A stretch of 64,000 nucleotides of DNA from an uncultured bacterium (GTDB lineage Bacteria; Auribacterota; Erginobacteria; Erginobacterales; Erginobacteraceae). Numbering within the stretch: the stretch's first letter is position 1; every line of letters starts with the position of its first letter. The stretch is from positions 96,001 through 160,000 of the forward strand of contig CAWGIE010000010.1 in assembly GCA_963822585.1 (NCBI GenBank), given 5' to 3'. Positions 41,094 through 51,289 of the stretch are shown here, one piece after another. Under the pieces are notes generated by a model. The model did no database searches. It saw only the letters and a list, made by a program, of their open reading frames with translations, and was not told where the DNA came from. The translations under genes were made by a program, and so were the position numbers.

Positions 41094-42374
41094 ATGGAAT
41101 TGAAAATCAATAGTGACGCCTGGAACTACCGGGACGGGGTTCTCTGCTGCGAGGAGGTCCCTCTCGACCTGATCGCCCGGAAGGCGGGCACCCCGGCCTA
41201 CGTGTACAGTCACCGCCATCTGGTCGACCGTTTCCGGGAGATGGACACGGCCTGGGGCCGCCGCCGCCACCGGGTTTGCTTTTCCATGAAATCCAATTCC
41301 AGCCTGGCGGTGGCCCGGGTCCTGATCGGGGAAGGCGCCGGGGTTGACGTGGTTTCCGGGGGCGAACTCTACCGGGTCCTCCGGGCGGGAGCTTCCCCGG
41401 GAACGATCGTTTTCGCGGGCGTGGGGAAGACCGCCCGGGAGATCGCCGCCGCGCTCCGGGCGGAGATACTCTTCTTTACCGTCGAATCGGCATCCGAACT
41501 GGATCTGATCGACCGGACGGCCCGGAAGATGAACCGGATCGCGCCGGTCGCGCTCCGGGTCACCCCCGATGTCGATCCGAAGACGCACCGCTACATCACC
41601 ACCGGGAAGGATGAAAACAAGTTCGGCCTCGACCGGGAAGCGGCGCTTGACTTTTACCGCCGCGCCCGCGATCTTTCCCATGTGGCCCCGGTCGGCATCC
41701 AGATGCATATCGGCTCCCAGATTCTCCGGACCGGGCCGTACCGGGAAGGCGTGAAGAGGCTGATCAACCTGGTCCGGAAGCTGAAAAAAGAAGGCATCCC
41801 CCTCCGGTACCTCGACATCGGGGGGGGCATGGGGGTGAGCTACCGGGGAGAGAATCCCCCGTCGGCCCGGGAATATGCCGCCGCTCTGGCGCCCCTCCTG
41901 AAGGGACTCGACCTGACGCTGATCCTGGAGCCGGGACGTTTTATCACCGGCAACGCCGGGGTGCTGCTGGTGCGGGTGCTCTATGTCAAAAAGAAAAGGA
42001 AGAAAAGCTTTATCGTGGTCGACGGGGCGATGAACGACCTGATCCGGCCGGCCCTCTATGGCGCCCACCACCAGATTGTTCCCGTCCGGCCGCGGGCCGG
42101 CGGGGATATCCGCGCCGACGTGGTGGGACCGATCTGCGAGACCGGCGACCTTTTGGGGGAGGGGAGGCTGCTGCCCGAGCCGAAGGAGGGCGACTTCCTG
42201 GCGGTGCTGACCGCCGGAGCCTACGGCTACGTAATGAGCTCCAATTACAACTCCCGCCCCCGGTGCGCCGAGGTGATGGTCAAAGATGACGAGTTCCGGG
42301 TCATTCGCCGCAGGGAAACCTACCGCGACCTGATCCGGGGAGAGATACTGCCCGACTTCCTGAAGGAGATGTAG
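41094..42374 (+). CDS. lysA: Diaminopimelate decarboxylase
   Basis: SMKSN, SGGE, HIGSQ, DIGGG, EPGR, GPICE, NYNSRP. Confidence 0.96.
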   Translation: MELKINSDAWNYRDGVLCCEEVPLDLIARKAGTPAYVYSHRHLVDRFREMDTAWGRRRHRVCFSMKSNSSLAVARVLIGEGAGVDVVSGGELYRVLRAGASPGTIVFAGVGKTAREIAAALRAEILFFTVESASELDLIDRTARKMNRIAPVALRVTPDVDPKTHRYITTGKDENKFGLDREAALDFYRRARDLSHVAPVGIQMHIGSQILRTGPYREGVKRLINLVRKLKKEGIPLRYLDIGGGMGVSYRGENPPSAREYAAALAPLLKGLDLTLILEPGRFITGNAGVLLVRVLYVKKKRKKSFIVVDGAMNDLIRPALYGAHHQIVPVRPRAGGDIRADVVGPICETGDLLGEGRLLPEPKEGDFLAVLTAGAYGYVMSSNYNSRPRCAEVMVKDDEFRVIRRRETYRDLIRGEILPDFLKEM

Positions 42375-42376
42375 AG

Positions 42377-42599
42377 TGTAGTATCGTCCTTTCGCTGCGC
42401 GTAAGGACTTGTAGGATCAGAATGCCTTCGGCATTCTTTGTAGGAATTGTAGGATCGCGCCTGCCTGTCGGCAGTCGCTTGCGGTTCGGCAAGCCGTGCC
42501 TCCGGCACGGCGATACTACAACTACTACAATTATTACAAGTCCTTCACGGAGTGAAGGACGATCCCGCATAAATGAGCGACCGCAGGGAGTTGATTTAT
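42377..42599. mobile_element. MITE-like element, copy 3
   Basis: Similar to 17893-18127. Confidence 0.8.
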
Positions 42600-42601
42600 A
42601 A

Positions 42602-43426
42602 ATGAAGATAACGTTTACCAAGATGCAGGGGCTGGGGAACGACTTCATCCTGATCGAGGATCGGGACGGCCGCCTCGGGCTTTCCCCGGACCGGGTCAGG
42701 TTTCTCTGCGACCGGCACTTTGGGATCGGCGCGGACGGGGTCATCATTGTCGCCCCGGGGGAGCGGGCGGATCTGAAGATGCGGGTGTACAACCCGGATG
42801 GTTCCGAGGCCGAGATGTGCGGCAACGGGATCCGCTGTTTCGCCCTGTACGCCCGCGACCGGGGGCTGATCGAGGAGGAAGAAATGAGCGTGGAGACCCC
42901 GGCCGGGATCATGCGCCCGCGGATCGCGGGCGGCCGGGTGATCGTCGACATGGGGGAGCCGGTGCTGGAAAGCTCCCGGATCCCGGTCGCCCTCCCCGGC
43001 CGGGTGATCGACCACCCCGCCGTTTTCGGCCCTTACCGGGTCCGAATAACCTGTGTTTCCATGGGGAACCCGCACTGCGTCATCTTCTATCCTCCGGACG
43101 AAAAGCCGCCGGTCGGTGATCTGGGGCCGATCGTCGAGACCGACGGTCTTTTCCCGGAGAGAACGAATGTGGAATTTGTCCAGGTGCTCAATAAACGGGA
43201 GATGCGGTTCGCGGTCTGGGAACGGGGCGCGGGCCAAACCCTCGCCTGCGGCACGGGGGCCTGCGCCGCCGTGGCGGCGGGGGTTCTCACGGGAAGAACC
43301 GGCCGCGACGTAGAGGTTCATCTTCCGGGAGGGGATCTCCGGGTGGAGTGGCGGGACGACAATCATATTTTCATGACCGGCCCGGCGGCGTATGTGTTCG
43401 AGGGCGAGGTTGAACTCCAAGAATAA
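42602..43426 (+). CDS. dapF: Diaminopimelate epimerase
   Basis: KMQGLGNDF, EMCGNG, GNPH, ERGAGQTLACGTG. Confidence 0.96.
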   Translation: MKITFTKMQGLGNDFILIEDRDGRLGLSPDRVRFLCDRHFGIGADGVIIVAPGERADLKMRVYNPDGSEAEMCGNGIRCFALYARDRGLIEEEEMSVETPAGIMRPRIAGGRVIVDMGEPVLESSRIPVALPGRVIDHPAVFGPYRVRITCVSMGNPHCVIFYPPDEKPPVGDLGPIVETDGLFPERTNVEFVQVLNKREMRFAVWERGAGQTLACGTGACAAVAAGVLTGRTGRDVEVHLPGGDLRVEWRDDNHIFMTGPAAYVFEGEVELQE

Positions 43427-43633
43427 ATAATGCTTTACCCGGAAGTCGAATGGAGATAGAGAATATAGGGTAATGGACTGAAGAAGTGATGGAGTAATGG
43501 AGTGATGGAATGATGGAAGTCGCCCATCCGATACCCCAATACTCCAGTACTCCAGTACTCCAGTACTCTGGGGTGGGATTTTATAGTAACAAACGAATGT
43601 TTTATAGTGATGCATTAAGCACGGGAGATTACC

Positions 43634-44500
43634 ATGTTTGAAGGATCAATGACGGCGATCGTGACACCGTTCAACGCCGGCGCGATCGACTTTGATTCAC
43701 TCGGCGCCCTGATCGAGTTCCAGGTCGAGAACGGAACCGCCGCGATCGTTCCCTGCGGGACGACCGGGGAATCGCCGACCCTATCTCATGAGGAGCATGA
43801 CCGGGTGGTCGAATTCGCCGTCGAGAAAGCGGCCGGCCGGGTGAAGGTGATCGCCGGGGCCGGTTCTAACAGCACCCGGGAGGCCCTCCGCCTGACCACC
43901 CACGCCCAGGAGGCCGGCGCCGACGGGGCCCTGGTTATCACTCCGTATTACAACAAGCCGACCCAGAGAGGGATGATCGAACATTTCAGCCTGCTGGCCG
44001 GGGAGACGGAGATCCCCCTGGTCCTCTATAACGTGCCGGGCCGGACCGGCGTCAAGCTGGAGCCGGAAACGATCGCGGAACTGGCCGACAATGAGCATAT
44101 CGTGGCCGTGAAGGAAGCCTGCGGGTCGGTCGATCAGGTCAACCAGATACTCAACCTCTGCGATATTACCGTGATCTCGGGCGACGACATGCTGACGCTG
44201 CCGATGATGTCGGTCGGCGCCCGGGGGGTGATTTCGGTGGCCGCCAATATCGTTCCCCGGGACGTTGCCCGGTTGGTTCGCGCCGCCCTGGAGGGCAGGT
44301 GGGACGAGGCCCGTCGCGTCCATTTTTGCCTCTATTCGCTCTTCCAGATGATGTTTATCGAGACCAACCCGATCCCGGTCAAGACCTCCCTGGCGATGAT
44401 GGGGAAGATCCGGGAGGAGTTCAGGCTGCCCCTCTGTGGGCTCTCTCCCGCCCACCGGGTGGAGCTGGAGGATCTCCTCCAGAGATACGAATTACTATAA
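43634..44500 (+). CDS. dapA: 4-hydroxy-tetrahydrodipicolinate synthase
   Basis: GTTGES, PYYNKP, YNVPGRT, VKEA, ETNPIPVK. Confidence 0.96.
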   Translation: MFEGSMTAIVTPFNAGAIDFDSLGALIEFQVENGTAAIVPCGTTGESPTLSHEEHDRVVEFAVEKAAGRVKVIAGAGSNSTREALRLTTHAQEAGADGALVITPYYNKPTQRGMIEHFSLLAGETEIPLVLYNVPGRTGVKLEPETIAELADNEHIVAVKEACGSVDQVNQILNLCDITVISGDDMLTLPMMSVGARGVISVAANIVPRDVARLVRAALEGRWDEARRVHFCLYSLFQMMFIETNPIPVKTSLAMMGKIREEFRLPLCGLSPAHRVELEDLLQRYELL

Positions 44501-44631
44501 TTTCCGCGAAGCGGAAATTATAGTATCTCCGCCCCGATGTCATCGGGGCGCATACAAATGGAAGAATCAATATTTTTAAACAATCCGAGGTAAGAACACA
44601 CATACTAAGCAGAATATCAACTAGTAGACAC

Positions 44632-44710
44632 GTCATTGCGAGGAACGCAGTAACGAAGCAATCTCAATCAACGGGAAAAGAAGAGATTGCTTCGCTGCGC
44701 TCGCAATGAC
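44632..44710. repeat. REP-like palindrome
   Basis: gtcattgcgag..cgaagcaatctc / gagattgcttcg..ctcgcaatgac; half copy at ~49100-49132. Confidence 0.85.
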
Positions 44711-44767
44711 CAACGTAAAGAATGCAATCTGTTTAAGGTTGCGCTTAGTTGTGGAGTATGTAGTGTG

Positions 44768-45565
44768 ATGATAAAAATTATCATTTGCGGGGCGGGGGGG
44801 AGGATGGGGGGACGGATTATCGCCTGTGCCCGGGAGGAAGGGGATATTGAGATCGCCGGAGCGGTCGATCGCCCGGACCATCCCGCCCGGGGGCGGGACG
44901 CCGGGGATCTCGCCGGCGCGGGGCGGCTGTCCCTTCCCCTGACGGGTTCGCTGGAGGAAGTGATCGACTCGGGCGACGTCGTGATCGACTTCTCCGCGCC
45001 GCTCTCGACGCTGGAAAACGCCGCCGTGGCCGCCGCGCATGGAAAAGCGCTGGTGGTCGGGACCACCGGTCTCAGCCCCGATCAGGAAACGCGCCTCCAG
45101 GAGATCGCGGCCGGGGTGGCCTGTGTCTTCTCCCCGAACATGAGCGTGGGGGTTAACCTTCTTTCCCGGCTGGTGGAGGAGACCGCGGCCGCTCTCGGCG
45201 ACGGCTACGACATCGAGATTGTCGAAGTCCATCACCGCTTCAAGAAAGACGCCCCCAGCGGGACCGCACGCATGCTGGCCGCGGCTGCCGCCCGCGCCCT
45301 CGTTCGCGACCCGGACGCCGTCGCGGTTTGTGGCCGCAAAGGGATGACCGGGGAGAGAACGAGGGAAGAGATCGGGATCCACTCCGTCCGCGCCGGGGAC
45401 ATCGTCGGCGATCATACCGTTATCTTTTCCGCCCCCGGGGAGCGGCTGGAACTGATCCACCGGGCCCACAGCCGGGACACCTTCGCCCGGGGAGCGCTGC
45501 GGGCGGCCCGTTTCGCCGCCGCCGCTCCTCCCGGCTTCTATACGATGGCCGATGTTTTACGATGA
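44768..45565 (+). CDS. dapB: 4-hydroxy-tetrahydrodipicolinate reductase
   Basis: GAGGRMG, GTTG, EVHHRFKKDAPSGTA. Confidence 0.96.
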   Translation: MIKIIICGAGGRMGGRIIACAREEGDIEIAGAVDRPDHPARGRDAGDLAGAGRLSLPLTGSLEEVIDSGDVVIDFSAPLSTLENAAVAAAHGKALVVGTTGLSPDQETRLQEIAAGVACVFSPNMSVGVNLLSRLVEETAAALGDGYDIEIVEVHHRFKKDAPSGTARMLAAAAARALVRDPDAVAVCGRKGMTGERTREEIGIHSVRAGDIVGDHTVIFSAPGERLELIHRAHSRDTFARGALRAARFAAAAPPGFYTMADVLR

Positions 45566-45652
45566 CTGTCAGTGTAATTCCTGCGCGATTCATCATCATA
45601 AAACATACTTTAGATATATTTTTTACGAAGTAAAAAATAAAGGAGATACGCC

Positions 45653-45916
45653 ATGTTTACCACGGTAAAAGGAAAGATCGACAGACTGATGGAGGCGGGG
45701 TTCATCACCCGCTACCGAACGGCTCAGCGGGCCTGGGAAAGGCTCCGGGCCCGGGAGCCGGTCCTCTTCAAGTTGATGGAAGGGGATCGGGCGGTGAGAC
45801 AGATTTTCGCCGAGCCGGACACGCTGGGAGCCTATTTCCGGGAGATACCGGTGGCGGATGATTACTGCCGTTTCCATGAAGATCCGATAGATGACGAGGA
45901 GGAGGGAGGAGAATAG
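45653..45916 (+). CDS. Hypothetical protein
   Basis: AAGGAG RBS, 87-aa ORF. Confidence 0.65.
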   Translation: MFTTVKGKIDRLMEAGFITRYRTAQRAWERLRAREPVLFKLMEGDRAVRQIFAEPDTLGAYFREIPVADDYCRFHEDPIDDEEEGGE

Positions 45917-46212
45917 TCCGTTGTTTCGAAATACGACATGCAGATCAGCATAAAGCGTGATCAGCCGTTCGGGGGAAGATAAAAGCGGATCAGATAATCA
46001 GGAAATCAGTGGGAAGGGGATCAGAATATCAGAGGATCAGTCGGCTCGGCCGGCCTCATCTGATAACCTGATCTGCCGGTATTCTGCTTACTGATTCCCT
46101 GATAATCTGATATCCAATCCGAGGACCAAGATACCCTCTGTTAATTCCCGGGCAGAAACCCCCACGGTCATCGCCGAAAGCGTTACATCTCATAAAGGAT
46201 TAAAACTTTATC

Positions 46213-47388
46213 ATGAATTTCACGGTATCCGAGCGTCTGAAAAAACTCCCCCCGTATCTTTTTGCCGAGATTGACCGGGTGAAACGGGAACTGCGCGCAG
46301 AAGGGAAGGAGTTGATCGATCTCGGTGTCGGCGACCCGGATCAGCCGACACCGCCCCACATCGTTGACGCCCTGGCCCGCGCCGCCCGGGACCCGTCCAC
46401 CCACACCTACGCGCTTGATTTTGGCATGGAGGAACTGCGCCAGGCGATCGCGGACTGGTATCGCCGACGGTTCGATGTCGATCTCGATCCGGATACCGAG
46501 ATCCTCCCCCTGCTCGGCTCCAAGGAGGGGATCGCTCACCTCCCGCTGGCTTTCGTCAACCCGGGGGAGACGGTCCTGGTCCCCGACCCGGGCTATCCGG
46601 TCTACGGCTCGGGAACCATCTTCGCGGGCGGGGTCCCGGTGGCGATGCCTCTGAGGGAGGAGAACGGCTTTCTGGCCGATCTGGACGCCATCGCGAAGAA
46701 AACGGCGGAGAAGGCCCGAATGATCTTCCTCAACTACCCCAACAACCCCACCGCCGCCGTCTGCGGGATTGAGTACCTGGCCGCCGCCGCCGATTTCGCC
46801 GCCCGCTACGGGATCATCCTCTGTCACGATGCCGCCTATACCGAACTTGCTTACGACGGATATTGCCCCCCCAGCTTCCTCCAGGTCCCCTCGGCGAAGG
46901 AGGTGGGGATCGAGTTCCATTCGCTTTCCAAGACCTACAACATGACCGGCTGGCGGGTCGGTTTCGCCGCCGGCAACAAGGAAATCATCAAGGGCTTGAG
47001 CAAGGTCAAATCGAATATCGACTCCGGGATCTTCCGGGCGGTCCAGTACGCGGCGCTCGCCGCCCTCAACGGACCCCAGGAGTTCCGGATCGACCTGCTC
47101 GATATGTACCGGGAAAGAAGGGACACCCTGGTCGACGGCCTCAACTCCCTGGGCTGGGCGGTCCCCCGGCCGAAGGCCACCTTCTATGTCTGGTGCCGGA
47201 CGCCTTCAGGGTATGGCTCATCAGCGTTCACGGCCCTTCTGCTGGAAGAAGCCGGGATCGTCACCACACCCGGCGTCGGCCTGGGCCCCTCCGGAGAAGG
47301 CTACGTCAGGATGGCCCTGACCCGGCCCGTTGATGAGCTGGTCCAGGCGGTGGAACGGTTAAAGAAGCTCAAGGTATTTAGTTCATAG
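46213..47388 (+). CDS. dapL: LL-diaminopimelate aminotransferase
   Basis: LPPYLFA, GSKEGIAH, NYPNNPT, SLSKTYNMTGWRVG; dap context. Confidence 0.9.
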   Translation: MNFTVSERLKKLPPYLFAEIDRVKRELRAEGKELIDLGVGDPDQPTPPHIVDALARAARDPSTHTYALDFGMEELRQAIADWYRRRFDVDLDPDTEILPLLGSKEGIAHLPLAFVNPGETVLVPDPGYPVYGSGTIFAGGVPVAMPLREENGFLADLDAIAKKTAEKARMIFLNYPNNPTAAVCGIEYLAAAADFAARYGIILCHDAAYTELAYDGYCPPSFLQVPSAKEVGIEFHSLSKTYNMTGWRVGFAAGNKEIIKGLSKVKSNIDSGIFRAVQYAALAALNGPQEFRIDLLDMYRERRDTLVDGLNSLGWAVPRPKATFYVWCRTPSGYGSSAFTALLLEEAGIVTTPGVGLGPSGEGYVRMALTRPVDELVQAVERLKKLKVFSS

Positions 47389-47427
47389 GTATGCGGTGAT
47401 CGATGATCTAATTATAGTCCGAAGCTA

Positions 47428-47650
47428 AATCCCAAATCACAAATCCCAAATAACAAACAAATCCCAAATCACAAATCCCAAATCCCAAATCACAAACTCG
47501 CCTGGCCGGGGGGGGCTGATTGGGGGCCACATACAAGCAATGGCATGTCGGGGTTGACCGCGTAGGTGCCTGTGTTGCGCCATTTGTTTGGAATTTTGAT
47601 ATTGGGATTTGTAATTTATTTGGAATTTGGTGCTTGGATTTTGGAATTTA
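47428..47650. repeat. Inverted heptamer array (AAATCCC/AAATCAC)n and complement
   Basis: Direct reading. Confidence 0.85.
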
Positions 47651-47684
47651 ATGTAGCAGCCTTTGTAATTTCCCGAATAAAACT

Positions 47685-48194
47685 ATGTATAGATGTTTGC
47701 AGATTGACGCCTTTATCTCCTTGGGATCAAACCGGGGCGACCGGGCGGGCAACATCAGGCACGCGCTCTTCCTGCTCGGCCGGGTCCCGGGGATACGGGT
47801 GACGGATGCTTCCGCTCTCTACGAGAGCGATCCCCTCTATCTCCGCGAGCAGGCGTCATTCCTCAACTGCGTGACGGTGCTGATGACGGGGCTGGAGCCC
47901 CATCAACTGCTCGGCGTATGTAAAGGGATCGAAGAAGCGATGGGGAGGGAGCGGGGGAGGCGATACGGACCCCGGATCATCGACCTCGATATCGTCTCCT
48001 ACGGGCGGCGTGTCATCCGGACCCGGGAGCTGTCCATCCCCCATCCGGGCCTGGAAGAGCGGCGGTTTGTCCTCCTCCCGCTGAGCATGATAGCGCCCTA
48101 CTGGCGAGACCCCTTCCGGGACCGGAGCGTGCGGGAACTCCTGCGCGCCCGGGGAGAGGATGAAGGGGTGTCGTATTATGGAGAGATCGCATGA
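47685..48194 (+). CDS. folK: 2-amino-4-hydroxy-6-hydroxymethyldihydropteridine diphosphokinase
   Basis: SLGSN, FLN, GPRIIDLDI, IPHP, RRFVL. Confidence 0.93.
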   Translation: MYRCLQIDAFISLGSNRGDRAGNIRHALFLLGRVPGIRVTDASALYESDPLYLREQASFLNCVTVLMTGLEPHQLLGVCKGIEEAMGRERGRRYGPRIIDLDIVSYGRRVIRTRELSIPHPGLEERRFVLLPLSMIAPYWRDPFRDRSVRELLRARGEDEGVSYYGEIA

Positions 48195-48997
48195 ATGAAG
48201 CGCAGAAAGTGACGGTTGCCACCATCAGGAAGAAAAAGCGGGAGGGGCAGAAGATCGTCACCCTTACCGCGTATGACTACTTCACCTCCCGGCTGATGAA
48301 CGAGGCGGGGGTTGACCTGATCCTGGTCGGCGACTCGCTGGGGAACGTGGTCCTGGGATACGAGAACACGGTCCCGGTCACCATGGCGGACATGCTCCAT
48401 CACACCAAGGCGGTCGTCCGGGGTAACAGCCGGTGCCTGGTGGTGGCCGACATGCCTTTTCTCTCCTACCAGGTGAACGACGATGAGGCGCTGCGCAACG
48501 CCGGCCGTTTTATCCAGGAAGCGGGCGCCCATGCCGTCAAGCTGGAGGGGGGGAAGGAGTTCGCCCCGCTGGTGGGAAAGATGGTCCGGGCCGGTATCCC
48601 CGTGCTCGGGCACATCGGCCTCCTTCCCCAGAGTATTTTGAAGAACGGGTCCTACATCGTGGCGGGGAAGGATGATGCGTCGGCCGGGAAGCTGCTGGAA
48701 GACGCCCGCTCCCTGGAAGAGGCGGGGGCTTTCGCGGTGGTCCTGGAATGCGTCACGGCCCGGGCGGCGGGAGAGATCACGAAGGCGATCTCCATACCCA
48801 CCATCGGGATCGGGTCCGGCCCGCTCTGCGACGGGCAGGTCCTGGTCGTTCACGACCTCCTTGGTCTCTGCGGTCAATTCCGGCCCCGGTTTGTGAAACA
48901 GTACGCGGACCTTAACAAGATAATGCTCGAAGCCTTTACGGCATATAAGAAAGAGGTGAAGGAAGGTATTTTCCCTGACGCAGATCATTCCTTCTAA
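48191..48997 (+). CDS. panB: 3-methyl-2-oxobutanoate hydroxymethyltransferase
   Basis: TAYD, LVGDS, DMPF, VKLEG, HIGLLPQ, IGIGSG. Confidence 0.96.
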   Translation: MNEAQKVTVATIRKKKREGQKIVTLTAYDYFTSRLMNEAGVDLILVGDSLGNVVLGYENTVPVTMADMLHHTKAVVRGNSRCLVVADMPFLSYQVNDDEALRNAGRFIQEAGAHAVKLEGGKEFAPLVGKMVRAGIPVLGHIGLLPQSILKNGSYIVAGKDDASAGKLLEDARSLEEAGAFAVVLECVTARAAGEITKAISIPTIGIGSGPLCDGQVLVVHDLLGLCGQFRPRFVKQYADLNKIMLEAFTAYKKEVKEGIFPDADHSF

Positions 48998-49178
48998 CTT
49001 TTTACTTCGTAAAAAGTTAAGTTCCTGTTTTTGATATACAATCAACCTTGAAGCAGCGATAGCCGCAGGTTTTAAAGGTTGTCCGACAATTCTTCAAATG
49101 TCATTGCGAGCCCGTAAGGGCGAAGCAATCTCCTTTCAATTAGCTTCATGTTCTTCATGTCCTTCATGGTGAAATAAT

Positions 49179-50018
49179 ATGATTGTTATTCAATCTCCCC
49201 GGGAGATGCAGGAGAAGTCCCTCGCCTTCAAGCGGGAGGGCAAGACCATCTCCTGTGTTCCTACCATGGGATTCCTCCACGAAGGGCACCTGAGCCTGAT
49301 GCGCGCGGCCCGGGCAGCCGCTGATGTATTAGTAGTCACCATCTTCGTCAACCCGGCCCAGTTCGGCCCCTCCGAAGATTTCTCGACCTACCCCCGGGAC
49401 CTGGACCGCGACCTCGATCTCTGCCGGAAAGAAGGCGTTGATATCGTCTTTACCCCCGAAACCTCCGACATCTATCCGGAAGGATACTCCACCTATGTTG
49501 AGGAGACCGCTCTCTCCCGGGGCCTGTGCGGCGCCCTGCGCCCCGGCCACTTCCGGGGGGTGGCGACGGTGGTGGCCAAGCTCTTCAATATTCTACAGCC
49601 GGATCGCGCTTTCTTCGGCCGGAAAGACTACCAGCAGCTCCGCGTTATCGCCAAGATGGTCGAGGATCTTAATATGCCGGTCGAGATCATCGGCTGCCCG
49701 ATCGTCCGGGAGAAGGACAGCCTGGCGATGAGTTCCCGGAATAAGTATCTGAACCCGGAAGAGAGAAAGGAGGCCCTCTGCCTCCGCCGGGCGCTTCTCC
49801 GGGCGGAGGAGTTGGTTAAAGGCGGGGAACGATCGGTCTCCGCGATCATCGCCGAGATGAGAACGATGATCGAGAAGGAACCCCGCGCCCGGATCGACTA
49901 CATCGAGATCCGGGACGGAGAGACCCTGGAGCCAGTCGAACGGGTCGGGGAGGGGACGCTGATCGCCCTTGCGGTCTTCATCGGCAAAACCCGCCTGATC
50001 GACAATGCCGTTCTCTAA
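49179..50018 (+). CDS. panC: Pantoate--beta-alanine ligase
   Basis: [36 protein letters not shown]. Confidence 0.96.
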   Translation: MIVIQSPREMQEKSLAFKREGKTISCVPTMGFLHEGHLSLMRAARAAADVLVVTIFVNPAQFGPSEDFSTYPRDLDRDLDLCRKEGVDIVFTPETSDIYPEGYSTYVEETALSRGLCGALRPGHFRGVATVVAKLFNILQPDRAFFGRKDYQQLRVIAKMVEDLNMPVEIIGCPIVREKDSLAMSSRNKYLNPEERKEALCLRRALLRAEELVKGGERSVSAIIAEMRTMIEKEPRARIDYIEIRDGETLEPVERVGEGTLIALAVFIGKTRLIDNAVL

Positions 50019-50129
50019 CACCACAAATTCCATTCGGCAAACGTCCCGCAAGCTTTTGGGACGCAAGACCCCGCGGTTTTACGCCGTGGGTGAATCAGTC
50101 CACAAGCTACCCGCGCCACTTCCGCCTTT

Positions 50130-50482
50130 CCCCCAGACCCCCGCGGCTTTTGCCCCGAGATGGCGAAACTATTTTTCTGGGTTACGCCGCGAGTAAATCA
50201 TTTCATCAGCTAATCAGTCATTCCAAAACACACAACGGCCCCTGCCGGTTCACCCGGCAGGGGAGAAAGTTCAAAAGCTACACACCGGATATCCACACTC
50301 CCTAACCGTGCCCGACAACTATGCCAACATAAGTTCATATAGTATGATATTGCCAGGCCATAGTGAAATTTACCAAAGCCGGTTTGGTCCAAACCAGGGA
50401 CAAGACCCGTCAAAACATGTCTTGATATGCCGGAATCTTTCTGCTGAAATATAAAAGAAGAACTTCGGTGTAATCTATTGTT
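50130..50482 (+). repeat. Module A: repeated non-coding unit ending in an attI-like site
   Basis: Shares 5' hairpin and 3' end (aaaagaagaacttcggtgtaat-ctatt-GTT) with modules B-D; middle replaced by repeat 2 (50225-50312). Confidence 0.8.
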
Positions 50483-50537
50483 CGTCAGAGAAATAACCTT
50501 GCTGCAGTCTGTCGCACGAACTATACTCTAAATCGAC

Positions 50538-50784
50538 ATGTACCCTGGATGCTGGATGCCAACTCATTGGTGAGATCAGCGACATTGAGACCATCACCAG
50601 CGGCAATCGAATTCGCGATCTCCGCCGCCTGCGGCGGGACTATGGCAACGGCCGGTGGCGCAAGCTCAAGGGAAACGCGATGGTTCGGTTGCCAGACGGT
50701 ACGATCACGAAGGCCGAAGTCCACTGGTACGAGATGAGTAACGTCGGTCGCAAGGAAATCAAGGTTAAACGATTCATATCCTAG
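50538..50784 (+). pseudogene. Small basic protein (toxin-like member of a gene pair), frameshifted by a 7-bp duplication
   Basis: Body LIGEISDIETI..YGNGRWRKLKG..AEVHWYE..GRKEIKVKRF has no in-frame ATG. Removing one CTGGATG copy joins it to ATG 50538. Confidence 0.7.
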
Positions 50785-50786
50785 CC

Positions 50787-51014
50787 ATGCAAAGCAAAAC
50801 ACCAGAGTATGTTGTCTGTGTCCGAAATGAGGACTACACCGCCTCTCTCGAGTTGAGGAAGATCTATGCGGTGATCCCTGATTCGGAGGCAGAATCGCAC
50901 GGCATGATCCGGTTGAAGGACGAGTCGGGAGAAGATTATCTTTATCCCCGAGACTTCTTCCTGCCAATCGAGGTCCCCCAGTCCGTGTCCCATGCGTTCG
51001 CGACGGCTTTCTGA
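50787..51014 (+). CDS. Small acidic partner protein (antitoxin-like)
   Basis: VCVRNEDYTASLELRKIY..DESGEDYLYP; 2 bp after the upstream gene. Confidence 0.75.
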   Translation: MQSKTPEYVVCVRNEDYTASLELRKIYAVIPDSEAESHGMIRLKDESGEDYLYPRDFFLPIEVPQSVSHAFATAF

Positions 51015-51153
51015 AAAGGGACCGCCAGAACAAGAGCATGGAGGCTATAACTTGACCGAGAACGGTCAAGTTGAGCCTGTTGAGTCGGCGCTCGCGCGGC
51101 GGTTCAACGCGGCTCTGCTTCGCCAGTGTGCGGCTGCTCCGTGGCTTCCCGGA

Positions 51154-51239
51154 GCCCAACCACATGCTGGAGCCTACGCCGGTCCCCGAGCCGCCCCCGG
51201 GGCGCTCCGCTCCCGTCGAGGTTTAGTGCCACGGTAGAT
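51154..51239 (+). other. attC-like site (degenerate R')
   Basis: GCCCAAC ... GGTAGAT; homologous to 60219, 61336 and 62375. Confidence 0.6.
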
Positions 51240-51289
51240 GCCAGTACACGAACGGATATACTGTCCCCTCTAGAAGACGAATGAGGAGA

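Noticed and set aside
18007..44767. N-terminal extensions of mlaE, asd, argH and dapB in the ORF track
   Set aside because: They are read-through of intergenic repeats; downstream ATGs match family starts.
14500..50066. Many long antisense or overlapping ORFs (e.g. 26634-27908, 34377-35570, 40815-42071)
   Set aside because: Shadows of high-GC housekeeping genes on the opposite strand.
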